From assembly GCA_000165425.1 (NCBI GenBank), contig CT868673.1:280886-338364 (forward strand): a stretch of DNA of 57,479 nucleotides, written 5' to 3'. Origin of the DNA: Paramecium tetraurelia. Lineage: Eukaryota. Made by a program: the position numbers and the translations under genes. The notes under the pieces were generated by a model. It was not told the origin of the DNA and did no database searches. It was given only the letters and a program-made list of their open reading frames with translations. Positions 1-14,127 of the stretch are shown here, piece after piece. Each line of letters opens with the position of its first letter. The first letter of the stretch is position 1.

Positions 1-1
1 T

Positions 2-3000
2 GATTTCAATAATGTTTATGTAAATCTAAGAACAAAGGAATTGAAAGAGAATTTTAAAGATGAAGATGACGAAACTACTCTTTTTAATGATGTTTCTTAG
101 AATAAAGGTGAAATTGATGAATTTTTATAATAACCAAAAGATTCTCTCCTTATTCATGGACCAGCAGGTTCTGGTAAAAGTGTAGCTGCTATAAAAATAG
201 AAGAATACATCTGGCTATAATATTAATAGTTGAATTTAGATGAATGGTCAAAGGATTCAGAACAGATACCAGTTGTTCCTATATTCATTCAATTAGCAAG
301 TTTAAAAGATCCTTATTTTAAAGCCATTGAGGAATCTTTAGCTTCAACGAACTATAATTTTGATTGGAGATAAATACAAGCTTTCTAAACTTAGGTTGAA
401 GAAGGTAAGGTTGCAATCGTTTTCATTCTTGATAGTTTTGATGAATTAAGTAATAATTAAATAAATCTAATTTAAAATAATAAATTGAAGAATTGGAGGT
501 AATAGTTATTAAACTTAAGCGATTTAGCCTAGGGTCAATAAAGAATATATAGTCTTAATTATCCAAAAGTAATTACTACAACTAGATCAGAAGTATTTGA
601 GTTGAATAGTACAAATTATAGATAATGGTTTAGTAGTGAATCACTATTGGATTTTACGAAATATAAAGAATTAAGAATTCTCAGTTTTGATGATAATTAA
701 AAATAAGACTACTTAAAATAATATTCATATACTTAAATAAAAAAGACTTTGCTTGATTATTTTGAAAAGTACTCAATTATTTAAAAAAGAGGAAGAAACC
801 TTATTAATGAAGTTGAAAAAATATGGAAAAATGTAGTTGACAAGTTGGAACGATTTAATCATTATCAATAATCAAATGATTTATATTTAAGCGATAAACA
901 AATCAATATCATAACCTCAATTTTGAAAAGTGAATTCAAGTTGTCTAATAAACAAGATTAATTTGCGATTTTAGAAAGGTAGTTAAGACATATTTAAACT
1001 CCTTAATTCTACAATAATAATATAATTGATTTTAATTTGGAGCAACTTCTCAAAACACCATTTATGATGAAAATAGTTATTGACGTATTACCTTAAATCA
1101 ACTCTTAGAAATAACAGCTCCAGTAGAATTATTTTATTTCTAATTATACTCATTCAATGTATGAAAAATACGTTAAGAAGAAAGAAATCAAAGAAATTCG
1201 ATAGTTTTTAGAGAGAATTTCTTTAGAATAATATAAGGAAGATTAAGCAGATGAATTAAATAACCAATCATAAATACCAGAATAGCCAGAGTACTTAGAG
1301 GTTGATGAAGATACTAACCCACCTTCGCAATACTATATGGATGAGAGAATTTAATAAATGAAAAAAGCCTCACAAAATTCTCAGGATTATTATTAGTAAT
1401 CTAACTAATATTACTAAAAATAGCAGCATTCAACTTAAAATTAAAAGTCATCACAAAGTTAGTAATAAATGCCTAAAAATTATAGCGAATTTTAATATGG
1501 TTATCCATAAACGATGGATATTTAAAATTCTAGAAGTCCTCATGTAAATCCTACGAATTATTAAGAATAGCTGAAATAAGGATCGCCTTCAACAAGTACA
1601 CCTTAAAGGCCATTTACAGCAACACAGAATTTTCAATAAATTCCTAATCAATACAATTATGAATAAGCGAAATAATAAATGCCTTTAAGGGTAGAAGAAA
1701 ACAATGAGAGATACAGATAATCTAATTATTATGAGTAAATTAAGCAGCCTATGCCTTTAAATGTTAGTTCCTAACAAAGAGTAGTTGGTACCTATTAGGT
1801 CTCAAGATCAAGTGCAGCTAATCATCAAATGAAACCTTTAAATAATAGTACCCATGACAGAGAGGAAGTAAATTATTAGGGATATGAATCACCTAATAAT
1901 TATTAAGGATAGGTAGAGTATGCAAAAAGGGTTGCTTAAGAAAGGAGTTAAGCATATTCTCCAAATTTCAGAACATCATAGGCAGATTAACCTCCAATTG
2001 TGTATGAGAGGGATTAAGGTGCTGAAAATTTCAAGCTATCAAAAGATCTTAAAATAAAGAATAATTTATAGATAAGGATTAAGGAGAATTTAAGAGAAAA
2101 AGGAAAATAAATATTTTAAAAGAATTAATATTTCTCTCAGCAAGATTACGATTAATTTGGAGAAGATAAGTAGATTTTGTTAAGATGTTATAAATCTTTT
2201 AGATTGACATAGTACGACTTTTATGAATAATTCTTGGAGAATTACATTTAAAACTAAATGCAAAGAATGTCAAACCTTCAGCAACTAAAGTTTAATAATA
2301 ATTTTGTAAATGAAGTTAATGATTATTCAAGACTGTTAGTGTCATATTTGATGCAATATTAATTAACTGCAATGGAAACCTCGAAAACCTCTAATATGTC
2401 AGGAGTATGGAACTAAAAAATCAAACATCATTCTGCCGATCCAAGATTTCAAGAATTGTTTAATTAGAATTCTGAAGAGATAACCTTAATCAAAAAATGC
2501 CTTCCTTTGAAACAAACCGGATCTATTTTGAGTTTTGAACATAAATCGATTTAAGAATTTATTTATGCAAAATTTATCATTATTAATCTTTTAAGGATTA
2601 GTGAAATAATTAATTTGATCAAATAAATGAAAGTAGATGTTTTCTTAATGAATTAGAGTAAAAAGTTGAAAAAAATAGAATTTATATCAATTTGTATTAA
2701 TCTATTTTTAAATTAACGACTGGATACATTAGAAAATTAGGAATAAGCAAGAGAGATATTTATGTAAAACTTTATGTCAATCTTTTAATTTTAATAATAG
2801 GTTTATTTCGATTGCTACAATTATATAATGGAATTAATATCTTTAATAGATTTTTCCCCATTAAATTATGTTATTATGGCAAATTAATTTTATATGGGAA
2901 CAACAAGATTTATAGTAGAATATATATAAAACAATACGGATTTAAAGTCAGTCTTACATATTTTAGTTTTAATCTCAGGAATATCCTTAAAATTCGTGAA

Positions 3001-5875
3001 TATTAGTTCAAATTCCTTTTAATTACTATCTTATATGTAGGAATTATTCTATGAAAAGAATTTTTCTGGAATTTATATAAAAGACATTAAGTTATTAGGA
3101 TTAAAGTGTATAGGATGTGATTTTAGTAGGTCAACATTTGAGAATGTGACTTTGATGGGGACAAACTTAAATTATTGTAAAATAGCAGAAGTTAAGTGGA
3201 AAGACATAATCTCATAGGATTTACCAACTTTATCATTTAATATTGGCCCTATATTAAAAGCATCATTCTCCATTGATGGTAACTACATAGCATCTCTAGG
3301 ACTTAACAAATAGTTAGTTGTATATTAGATAGGTGCTGAATAGGTAGTACAAAATGTTGAACTTACAAAAGAAGTAGTTGATTTTTGTTGGTCTAACACC
3401 AAATCTATGCTTGTATATTTCTCTGAAGAAACTTTAAATATCATGAGCTTTTATCAGGAATTATAAAATAGGGTAAATTATGGTTAGAGAGATTAAAATG
3501 AATAAAGAGGTTAGCCTATCAAATCAAAACTGAAAATAGGAGACACTGTTAATTTGGTAAAATTTTCAAATTAAGACAGTTATCTATCAGTAGGATGTTA
3601 AAAAGGTAAAATAATTATTTATAAATATGCTAATTCGCAATTTACATAATTTAGAGAAATAATAGGAGTAGGAAAGAGTAGAATAACAGTATTTGACTTT
3701 TCTCCTGATGAAGATAACTTGATAGTTTGTGATCAAACTTCAATATTTTTATATAAAATATAAGAAGAATAAACTAAATCTATTAGAACCTTATAATAAA
3801 ACCAATAAGTAACAAGTATTGTTTTCAGTCCTGATGGGTAACTGTGTGCATATGCGACAACAAATGAATTGATAATAATTTTTAGCTTAGTAAAATAAAA
3901 GGAGTAAGCTAAATTAATTGGTCATTAAAAGGCTGTTAGATGTATATGCTTTTCTAATGAAGGGAATATATTGGTAAGTGGTGGAGATGATAAGAGTGTT
4001 AGGATATGGGATTATATGAAAGGAATTTAAATTGGGGAGAATTTGCATAGTCATTCTGATGGTATTAATAGCATTGAGTTTTCGAAACCAGATGGAATGA
4101 TTATTATGTCTGCAGGAAAGGATGGACTTATTAAATAGTGGCATCACTCTGATAACTATCGTGTTAGTGAATATTTGCCTGGGCATGATGGCAGCATTTT
4201 ATTTATGATTATATCTTAGGATTCCTAAAGAATAATTACAAAGGGTAAAGATAAGAAAATAATATAATGGAACATTAAAACAGCATCTATGGTTAATCAA
4301 GTAATAACTTTATAGAGTTGTTAAGAGTGTTCAATTAATAAATTATGTTCTGCCTGTTAATTAAGTCCTATCATAATTGTTGATTATGATCAATATATTA
4401 TCACAGGTGGATTTGGTCACTCACTTTCAATATATGATAGCTACACTGGTAAATAAACATTTCAAACACTATCATGTCTAAAGCCTAAAGGAGAAGTCAC
4501 TCATTTAGCATATTCTTAAAAAAATCATTTCATATGTTCAGGAACTTAGAATGGCGAAATTAAAATATGGGACAGTCTTAATGGAAGATAGTATAGTAAA
4601 AATATCACTCTAAATCATTAAATATTAGCTTTGTTTTTTGATCTAGACTAAAATCTAGTAGTTTTAAATTAATCTGGAAAATACACTAACTTTAAACTTG
4701 GTTCAGGAGATACAAAAACATAATCCTTCTAATATGAATTAATGGATGAAGCATCAGAAATAAAACAGATAAATTAATTGATTGTTGATGAGATTGCTGA
4801 TTAATAAATTGATACATCATAGAATTCTTCATAAAGATCCAATAATAAAGTCTCATGTTTAGCACTCACATCAGATTATTCTCATTTGGCGATCGCAACC
4901 AAAGCCTCAAATGTCTACATTCTAGAGACTAAAGACTTGTCAAAGATATTTTCCACATATTCTTATTAGGGTGTAATTACCTCAATGCATTTTAATAAAA
5001 TTGATTTAATTTTAATACTATCCTTTGAAGATCTTTCTATAAAGGTTTGGGATATATCAAAGAATATGCATGGGAATAAAATTGATTGTCACTAAGCTCC
5101 AATTAATTGTTTAGGAGCATCTTTGGATAATAAGTTTATTGTTTCTACATCTTTAGATAAATGTATTAAGATTTGGAAATTGTAAAATTTAAGTGATGAT
5201 GGAATCTTTTCTGAAGACATTAATCGTTTAAAAAAGAAGATACAAAGTTAAAAGTAAACTCACAAAGAATCTTTTTAAAAACTCAATTTTAGCCCAATAA
5301 ATCAAATTAGTTAAGATATTGTAAGACTTACAGATAATTTGGAGTGGATGAATTTGGTAGAGGAGCGTTAGCTAAGGATTTTTGACAAAGTAGAATAGAT
5401 GTATCATCATTTATCTGAATTAAGAAGGGTTGACATGAGTGCTACATTAAGAGAATAAAAAACGTTAAAGGATGAAATAACAAAAGAAGGAGAAGAAATT
5501 GAATAGTTACTATATACGAGTGATGAAATGATTTAATCGTTTAGTTAAAATATGATCGATATCACTACGAAGTGTTTTACGGTATCACAAATACTTTAAG
5601 AAAGATTACTACTGAAATAAAACGAACTTAAAATATTTAAAGAAACATTGATAAAAGAGAAGGAGGAAAGAAAATAAGAAAAATAACATGTTTCAGAAGT
5701 TAAGGTTAACTCCTAAAATTAAATAACTTTCTCTGAAATATTATGTATTAATAAGACTCCTTAGAATTAAAAGTTTATTGGAACAGTTTTTGAAAAATCC
5801 AATATTAGAAATAAGACTAACCATGATTTGTTTAAGCTTTGGTAATAAACATAAGAGAAGAAAAATCATTATTGA
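2..5875 (+). CDS. NACHT/STAND NTPase - pentapeptide repeat - WD40 repeat protein (NLR-like), 5'-truncated by the window edge
   Basis: Frame +2 in ciliate code, apparently intronless, TGA at 5873-5875. Walker A GPAGSGKS (158-181), Walker B VFILDSFDE (~420-445), KVITTTRSE, winged-helix motif FEHKSIQEFIYAK (~2535-2570), pentapeptide-like CDFSRSTFENVTLMGTNLNYCKIAEVKW (~3115-3200), WD40 repeats such as LIGHQKAVRCICFSNEGNILVSGGDDKSVRIWD (~3914-4012), C-terminal coiled coil. Confidence 0.9.
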
Positions 5876-6152
5876 ATATCGTTTAAGATAAATATAAATA
5901 TTATTATTTCTTATCTACTATTTCATATTTGATTGTATTGTATATTCTCAATTTTATAATTTATTTTAATTTTAGCATATAAATATAAAATGAAGAGTTT
6001 ATTATATACAATTATTTTTATAATATTATTCGTTTTGCTTCTCCAAAATTTTGGTTGAACCAATTTAGATTTTATTGCAGACTAGAAATATACTATAAGA
6101 ACTATATTTTCTAAGTATAGCTTCTCAAAAATGCATAATTTAAATTAATTGA

Positions 6153-7541
6153 ATGAAATAAACACATATTTTCTTCATATTGATATCATGCAATGTAGTT
6201 TGTAATCTTGCTATGTCAATCATTGCACCATTTTACCCATAATTTGCTAAATCTAAAGACCTTTCTGAAGATATCATAGGTATTGTTTTTGCAGCTCATC
6301 CTTTGGGACAGTTTATTTCTTCCTTGATTCTAGGAAAAGTAATAACCCATGTAAAAAATATGCTAATCATAGGATAATAGATAGAAAATAATGGTTATTG
6401 GCATATTCTTATAAGGGGTAGGCTTGTTCTTTTTTGGTTTGTTATACTATTTTGATCCTTATTGGGTAATTCTAATAGGAAGTTTTACTGCTAGATTGAT
6501 TGGTGGAATAGTATTTATATCATGAAATAAACAATAGGGTGCATCTATGTTTATGACACCATTTTATGCATTTATTCCTTAATTATTTCCAAAATCAATT
6601 GAAGAAAAAATAGCAATAGCAGAAGTCTCAACCTCTATTGGATTCTTAGGTGGTCCTATATTGGGTTCAGCTTTATATCAGTTGGGTGGGTTTGTATTAC
6701 CTTTTTTTTTCTTTGGTGGGTGTTCATTTGGGTTAGCAATAATTCTAATAATTTTTTCTAAAAGTTTGGATGTGCCTGAAGTAGATCTTAGTTAATCAAT
6801 CATATTACATTAATCTATATAAAACTAAGAATCAATTATAGATGCAGGTTTTAGTATATCATATCTCTCATTACTTTTCAATTACCCAGTCGTAATATCA
6901 TTTATTACAAATACTTTAACGCTATCGCTATGGACATTTTATAATCCTACGATAGCTATTTATTTTTTGGAAGAATATGGCATTAAAGAAGAATATTCTG
7001 GATATTGGATATCAATAAATGCAGGAACATTTGGATTTTCTACTCTATTCATATCTAGGATAAAATCCCATAAAAAATTTTATATGTATTTTGGTCTGGT
7101 AATCAGTGGATTATTGCAATTTTATATGGGTCCTGACTATAAGTTCACCAATTTACATCCAAAATTTGTGTATACAATAGTAGCCTGGTCATTAGTTGGA
7201 TTTACTGGAGGATTTCCATATGTACTGACATTGCCTTAAGTAGACTAAATTCTTAAAAAAGACTATTTTAAATATCCGACACAATGTGCAAATATAGCAT
7301 CTGCAGTGTATCTAAATAAAAATATGAAAGTTTTAATGCCAGTTTAGCCGGAGGAGAATTGCTTGGTCCAATTATGGGAGGTTATCTTACAAAGTGGTAT
7401 GGATTTCAAAGGTCGGCATCATTATTAGGCTTTGCTGTTCTGATATGTTGTGCTTGTTATGTGCCTTATTTATTTTACTTGGATGAGAAGCTTGCCAGAA
7501 CAAAAGCAAATAAATTAAAAAAAGCTGGTTTAAAAGAATGA
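6153..7541 (+). CDS. MFS transporter (SLC18B1-like), 3 short introns
   Basis: MKQTHIFFILISCNVVCNLAMSIIAPFYPQFAKSKDLSEDIIGIVFAAHPLGQFISSLILGK; ARLIGGIGASM; GFLGGPILGSALYQLGGFVLPFF; LLGPIMGGYL. GT-AG introns near 6351, 6511 and 7307; stop TGA 7539-7541. Confidence 0.9.
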
Positions 7542-7921
7542 AAATATAATTTGTTTTAGATATTTGATAATACATTTTAAACTAATCACAAATTAATTTT
7601 TAATGAGATGAAGCACCTTATTTATGTAAATCATTCATTAAATGTTTAATCCGTAAGCATGAACCAAGATTTTCCTGATACTAATAGAAACTGAAGTTAT
7701 TTCTTATTGGTAGATCTTAAGCGTCTATAAGATGAGCAATCTAATTAATCTCTTTAACATCATCTCCTCCAATTACAACATCTATCAAGAATGGTACATT
7801 TTGACCCATTATTAATCCTAAATAATCAAGATCTTACTAATAATAATATTTATTTATAATAATTTGACATTTATTTAATTATATTATTATTGATTAAGAA
7901 GAAAATTACATAATGTGTAGT

Positions 7922-8716
7922 TCATTTTGGAGGTTATCTGATGTGTATGTCTTTCAAACTTTTAAAAAAGCAAGGATTTAATCTGTATAAGTAACTGTTG
8001 ACCTTTTCGACACCTTCAACTATAAGTAATTCATAATCTGGCACCTTTCCTGCTTTGGAACATGGAAGCTACAGAATAGTCTCTCCATATTTATTAAACT
8101 ACTATATATTTGAATTTGAAACTTTTGTAAAATTCTTTGTTAATTCACATTGCTAAATTATAGGCTTAAAGGCATTTAGGTTCACAAATATGGGAATGAA
8201 GCAAAAATCAATAAGTGATATTTAATCTCCATTCATATATTTTTTGTCCTCTAACCATCTTTCTACTTGTGCTATATTTTGTTTTACTAATTCCTTGTAC
8301 TTAAAGAATCTCTTTTAATATATAAAATTATTACTTCCTCATCAAAGCTAAAAAAAAAAATAGACATATTTTTCATTAGTTCACTTGCATATTCAAATTT
8401 GCCTCTGTCTAAGGCTTTTTATATTGGATCAGATGACATAATTTAAGGCAGTGTTATTTCATCGATATACTCCATTATTGCGTCAGATTCAAATAAAACA
8501 ACTAAGTTACATGATAATTTATTATATACTGTCATCTCCGATTATTAATATTGGTACTTTAGATAAAGGGCTAATTTTTACAAACCATTCAGGTTTGCAA
8601 TGCATCTCAATAAATTTTATTTCGAACTTAATGTTTTTGTGACACATTAAAGCAAGCACTCTCATGCTATAGGGGCATAATTTAAAGGTAACTAGTGTGT
8701 GTTTAAGTTTTTACAT
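7922..8716 (-). CDS. Glutathione S-transferase (Cys-type, omega/tau-like)
   Basis: FKLCPYSMRV active-site motif, KPEWFVKISPLSKVPIL, LFESDAIMEYIDE, GDQISLIDFCFIP; two or three short introns; TGA at 7922-7924. Confidence 0.9.
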
Positions 8717-9097
8717 CAAATCTTAAATTAATTTAAGAATAAATTTAATTACGCCAAAAGAATTTCTGAATTCTTTACTTTAATATAAAAAAAAACATCA
8801 CATTTTTATGGAGAAAAATTCTTACTTAGAGGACTATTTGGCATATTCCTATTTACAAAATCTTCACGACTTGTCATAATAATTAATTTTAATGACCCTA
8901 AGCAATTAATTGATATCTTTTTGCAATTTCTAAAATTCTTGAATCATAATCCTTCAATTTTGATTCTGAATAAAAATTTAATGGGAATTAGTTTATTAAT
9001 TATCCTTTTCATTTGGATATGTTGTCTGATAACACTTAGGAAATGGATAAGAATTATAACTATAAAAAGTTTAATATATAAAAAATAACAAAAAAAT

Positions 9098-11579
9098 ATG
9101 AAACGTCGTCCCCAAAGTGCCATAATAACTAAACTGATAAGAGAGAGATAAGAATCAGCAGTAAATACGTAAGATTACGATTCTAAAAGAGTTCTTAAAT
9201 GATCTACTCTAAAAAGCAAACTCCATAACAAGTAGCCCCAAAAGAGTATTTTGAAGATTAAGAACAATTGTATTTCGTGAATTTGTAATTGAAATAATAG
9301 TGTAATGAGATTAAATAAGAAAATTAAAAACTCAAAGCCTACATAGCTCAATTAAAAGTATGGAAATATATTTAGCATAGAAATAAATTGTGAGGATTGA
9401 GAAGGTAGATAAGTATTAAGTAAACTGTGATCCTCTTGGAGTAATATAGAGTGGAGAAGGGAGCATAGTACCCATTTTGAAAGCTAAAGTAAAGGAATAG
9501 CGTAATTAAATTGAAGAACTATAAACTGATTTGCATCAATAGTATAAGTCTGTTAAATTGACAAAATTATCAGAGTTGTAAAGAGAAATTTAGAATTAGT
9601 AGAATGAAATAATGAAACTCAGATAAGTGATTTAATCTGCCCTCAATATTACTGATTAAGAGTAAAAATATTATATAAAATAACAAGTTTGGTTAATGAT
9701 CCAAATGTAATTGAAAAGTTATCAAAATTTACAATAACTGTACACTAACAAGAGAACTCAATTTAATAATTGATTAAACAAAATGATAAATTAAAGATTG
9801 AATATTAGGAAATGTCTAATGATAATGCTAAATTACTTGAGGAAATGAAGTATTTGAATTTTGAGAAGATTAATTACAAAAAACAATTGGAGGAATAAAC
9901 AATCACTGAGAGTGAGATTTATCAATAAAAGAAAAGAGAGTTCTTGGAAATGAAATTAGCGTATACATCTGAATATATTTATAGTGCTACATTGAAGTAA
10001 TTGGATACATTAAAGGGTGAGTTGTCCTTGTATGAGAATAAGTCCAAATCGCTATAGAAGTAAATCAAAGATTAAGAAAAAGAGTTTAAATAGAGTACGA
10101 TGGAATTACAGAAGCAAAAATAAAATTTAGAAGATTAATGCAATAAAAAGGATATAATGATGTAATTTAGCTTATTATTTTAGATAAGACCTAAATGATA
10201 GAATTAATATCTTGGATTTATTAAAACAAAAAAACTCTCCTAAACCCTCTGAGTCTCCCCTTACTCTATAACACAAAAAGTCTTTCTCTCCTCCCACAAC
10301 ATATAGAGATGAAATGACTTAATTCCCAGAAAATCAATCATCAGATATTAATTCGGATGCTAATTGTAGTCCTATTAATAAGAACCAATTAGAAGTCTTA
10401 TTTTAACAATTAAAATTCAAGATCCTCTCTTAAAAATTAACAAAGGAAAGGATACATTTTACATTCCATAATAAAGAATTCATATAATTAGGAGAGGCAA
10501 TCTAAGTTTTTATGAATGCACCCTATAACTTTTAGAAGTCCGATTCAATAATACTTTGTAGATATCTGATTGGAGAGGATCAAGGATTCTCTAATTCTTT
10601 ATAATTTTAGGATACATAAGAAGTAAGAGAAATTATAGATCAACTTTATAGTCATCCTAAAATAAAATCTGAATATGTATATCTATATAAAATATAATAG
10701 TTGACATTTCAGACAATCTTGAAATAGAATTACTACTCAAAATTAGTAAATTAAAAATTGGTTTAATGCAACATACCAAGTAAAATATACAATCGAGATG
10801 ATTTTATACTGCTATTGAAAAACAACTTTAATTTCACTTATGAGCAAATAGACTATATGTTGATGATGAATTATTTATATTCGAATGAAGTCGATAATAT
10901 CGATATCAATGTTCTCAGAAAATTTATATAGCAGGAGTGTGATCTCTAAGCAACACTTCATAATTTAGCATATGTTTGTCAGGAATCTATTCGATATATT
11001 CCAAAGAAGATCAATAAAGTTTCATATTCAGATGATGATTAATCTAATTTTCCAATAGTTGAAAGTAAGGATTTGAAATCTGTCTAAACACAAAGAGATG
11101 ATTCAAAAATTGAAATGAGACCACCTGAATTATCAAATCAAGTATAAAACATCATTACAAGTGAACAATACTTAACATTCTCATGTATAATTTAATATAT
11201 TTCAACATTAGAATTTAAAAACTCTGATTAATAACTCAAAAGTTCGGAATCTAGAAAACCAAGCAATCATAATAACAATAGTGATATCTTACAATATAGT
11301 CAATCATTACTACCTTAGGCTACTTTAAAAAGACCATCAGAATATTAATAGATCACATCAGATAACTCCATTCACTTTAATATTACAAATTAATTCTAGT
11401 CTCCTTAATAAAATAAGAAAAGAATAAATTAAATAAGTGAATTTTAAACAGGAAAAGAGATTGTTGATTAAAGGAATATCCAATACAATGTTGATAATGA
11501 TACATAAATTACTGATGTCAACAAAAAAGAGGATGAGTATTATGAGGAAATCTAGGAGGAATATATAGAAGAATTGTGA
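9098..11579 (+). CDS. Coiled-coil protein of unknown function; N-terminal region reminiscent of IQCE-type ciliary proteins
   Basis: MKRRPQSA start; long heptad-rich segments (KSVKLTKLSELQREIQNQQNEIMKLR); several 23-29 nt GT-AG introns; acidic end EEYIEEL-TGA. The family resemblance is tentative. Confidence 0.7.
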
Positions 11580-11625
11580 TAATTATAAAGTAATAAAATT
11601 TATTTTGATATTTTAATTAATAAAA

Positions 11626-13101
11626 ATGAATGTTTATTGTTAATTGGCTGGGTATCATTAAGGTATTTATCACCCATGTAGTAATTAGATGAACCCTTGG
11701 AATTAATATGTCTCAACCCTGAATGCATTTCCAACAATAAAGTTCTTAATTGTATTGCCTGCATAGAGGAAAGTCATTCTGGTCATTCTGTCATTCATTA
11801 TAAGAAATTTATAACTCTTTTGTAAAAATAAGGAGCCCATCTATTGAATGAAATTGTATGAAATATGTTCTAAGTTCAAGGATTTTAAATTGCAGGACTC
11901 TACCAATAGTCAAAATGATATGTTAAGTAAAATAAGAGAAATAATTAAACAACTAACTGAATTATAAGATATTGTGAATGATGCCATTAATAAATAGAAG
12001 GATATGCTGGAGAGAAAATTGTAATACTATGAATGTATTAATCAATATATAAAATAAGAATTTGCAAGTCTGTTACCAACACAAGAGATATTTAATTAAG
12101 CAATTAAGTAACATGATTAGAGTCTGATATAAAAGTTGATGACCTAATTCTTTTTGAAGGTTGACTACAACTCAAAGAGATAAGAATTTGTTGCAAGAAA
12201 CAACTACCTCATTGATCAATCAGAGGAAACAGAGGGAGAGAACATCCTGTTTAGAAAACTCAGAGAATTCATTAATTCATTTAGATAAGACATAGACAAT
12301 AATTATTTGTTATAAAACTCTTAGTTGAGTACCAGTTTCAAACAAAAGAAGCTCTCCTAAACAAATAATGAATTCAAACGCTCTCATCAGAGAATTGCAA
12401 GTTATAAGAGAGTAGTATCAGCTGAGAAATCTCCAGGCTCTCCAGATGATAGGATATCTATCACCTAATCCCTCAGCTAATTTTATTACAAACCAAATGC
12501 AGTTTAGAAAAGAGTAGGAGAATAAGTTTAATTAATTGAAACATAGAATGCATTTACTTCAACGTATTCATTTCATCCTGAATGCTTTGGCTAAGGATTA
12601 CAAATGACATCCAAACAAATTAAACTAACTACTGATAATGAAAAAAGAATGGCACTCATTAAACCTTCAATTTATGGAAGTGGATTGGCAAGAGAATAAC
12701 GAATCACACTAGTAATCAAGGTTTGCAGAAATTCCAATTAAAGATATCCTATGGCAGTTGGAATATGTGATTAATAAAAGTTACAGGAAGATAATTTTAT
12801 ATTTTCTGGTTCTGCTGAACATGTTTCAGCCTCGCATAACAAAGATCATGGATGCTACCTTTTGAATGCTAATGGACATATAAGATCGATGACTGGATAG
12901 GATATGTCAAAGAGTTCTCCAAACTTAAGATTTTATAGTAACTCTACACTTGAACTAACTTTCAAGCCATTCCATAAACAACTAATAATAAACAGAGATT
13001 AACAGGTCTAAACCACAATACCATTGGAATTCTATAAGGATCAAAAACTGTTCTTTTGTGTAAGATTGGCTGATTTGAATGACTGCATAGAAATTTAATG
13101 A
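11626..13101 (+). CDS. B-box-like zinc finger - coiled coil - SPRY-like beta domain protein
   Basis: C..H...ICLNPEC...NCIACIEESHSGH N-terminus; central coiled coil; C-terminal beta-rich PMAVGICD..GCYLLNANGHI..TLELTFKPFHKQLII..LFFCVRLADLNDCIEI; 2 introns; TGA 13099-13101. Confidence 0.75.
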
Positions 13102-13160
13102 TATTATAGTATGCAATATTATAAAAAAAGTTTTGTTTAAATAATTACTTCTTTATAAAA

Positions 13161-14043
13161 TCATGCTTTTCTCTAATTTACTCTATCAATTTTATGATTG
13201 AAATTTCCCTTAAAATATGGTTGAATATTGTAATATAACATTAATGTCAAAGCGTCTTTTGTGGCTAATAAAAATCGTTGAGTAGATCCCTAAATTAGAT
13301 AGGTTAACTTCTATGATTTCAGTACTCGACTTGTACATTCAAACACATTTTTATATTGAACAGGTGAATGATTAAAATTAAGAGTGTCAGCCTTCATCAT
13401 GAGCATTATTTTGAAAAAAGGAAAAGATATAATATGAGATACAAATGTTAGGAGTTAGACCCAAAACAATCGACCAATAAATGGAAGAGCATCTGTAATA
13501 TCCTTAGTACTATCGTAAAATCCAAATTACAGACCTCTGAACACTACAACAGGGGAAATGCAAGCACTAAACCCCTTATAGTATCCTAATATGCCATCAT
13601 TTTTAAAAATCTCAACTAGACATTCTCTCCATGTTAGATCAATTCTTTTTCCGACTTTTTATAAATATTTAGTTCTCTAAGACACAAATTCGTATGGATA
13701 CATAACCAACATCGTTGAAGCCCCAGCTAGACTCCCAATGAGTATATTCTTTAAGTGTTTATAATCATTTACTAAATTACGACATAAGATTACTTTTCTT
13801 TTGGAAAACTTTAGAATAGGCATCTTTAAAAGCAAAAGCTAGTGATTGATGAGGAATATAAGTTATTGCTTGAGGAATAACCCCTCTCCAAATGACCAAA
13901 TAATTCTTACATAAGTTATTCATATATACTTTTTATTCCTTATGTAGAATGGTCCTTGGAAAATTTTCGATGGATGTACAACAAAAACTTGAAATAAAAG
14001 AGGACGTTGTGGCAACAAATATATCAATAACGAAATCTGTCAT
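13161..14043 (-). CDS. Mitochondrial carrier family protein, divergent ADP/ATP translocase-like
   Basis: IWRGVIPQAITYIPHQSLAFAFKD, GSLAGASTMLVMYPYEF and DGILGYYKGFSACISPVVVFRGLQFGFYDSTK resemble ANT/AAC segments; one 22-nt intron; TGA 13161-13163. Confidence 0.8.
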
Positions 14044-14127
14044 AAAAATTATTAATTTAGGATTTAGAAATAGGATTTAGTAGTTGGATTCTAATTTCTA
14101 TATATTAATTTAAATTGATCAAATTTT

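Noticed and set aside
8760..9090. Short ORF-like sequence between the divergent GST and coiled-coil genes
   Set aside because: No recognisable motif and no consistent start/stop/intron model; left unannotated.
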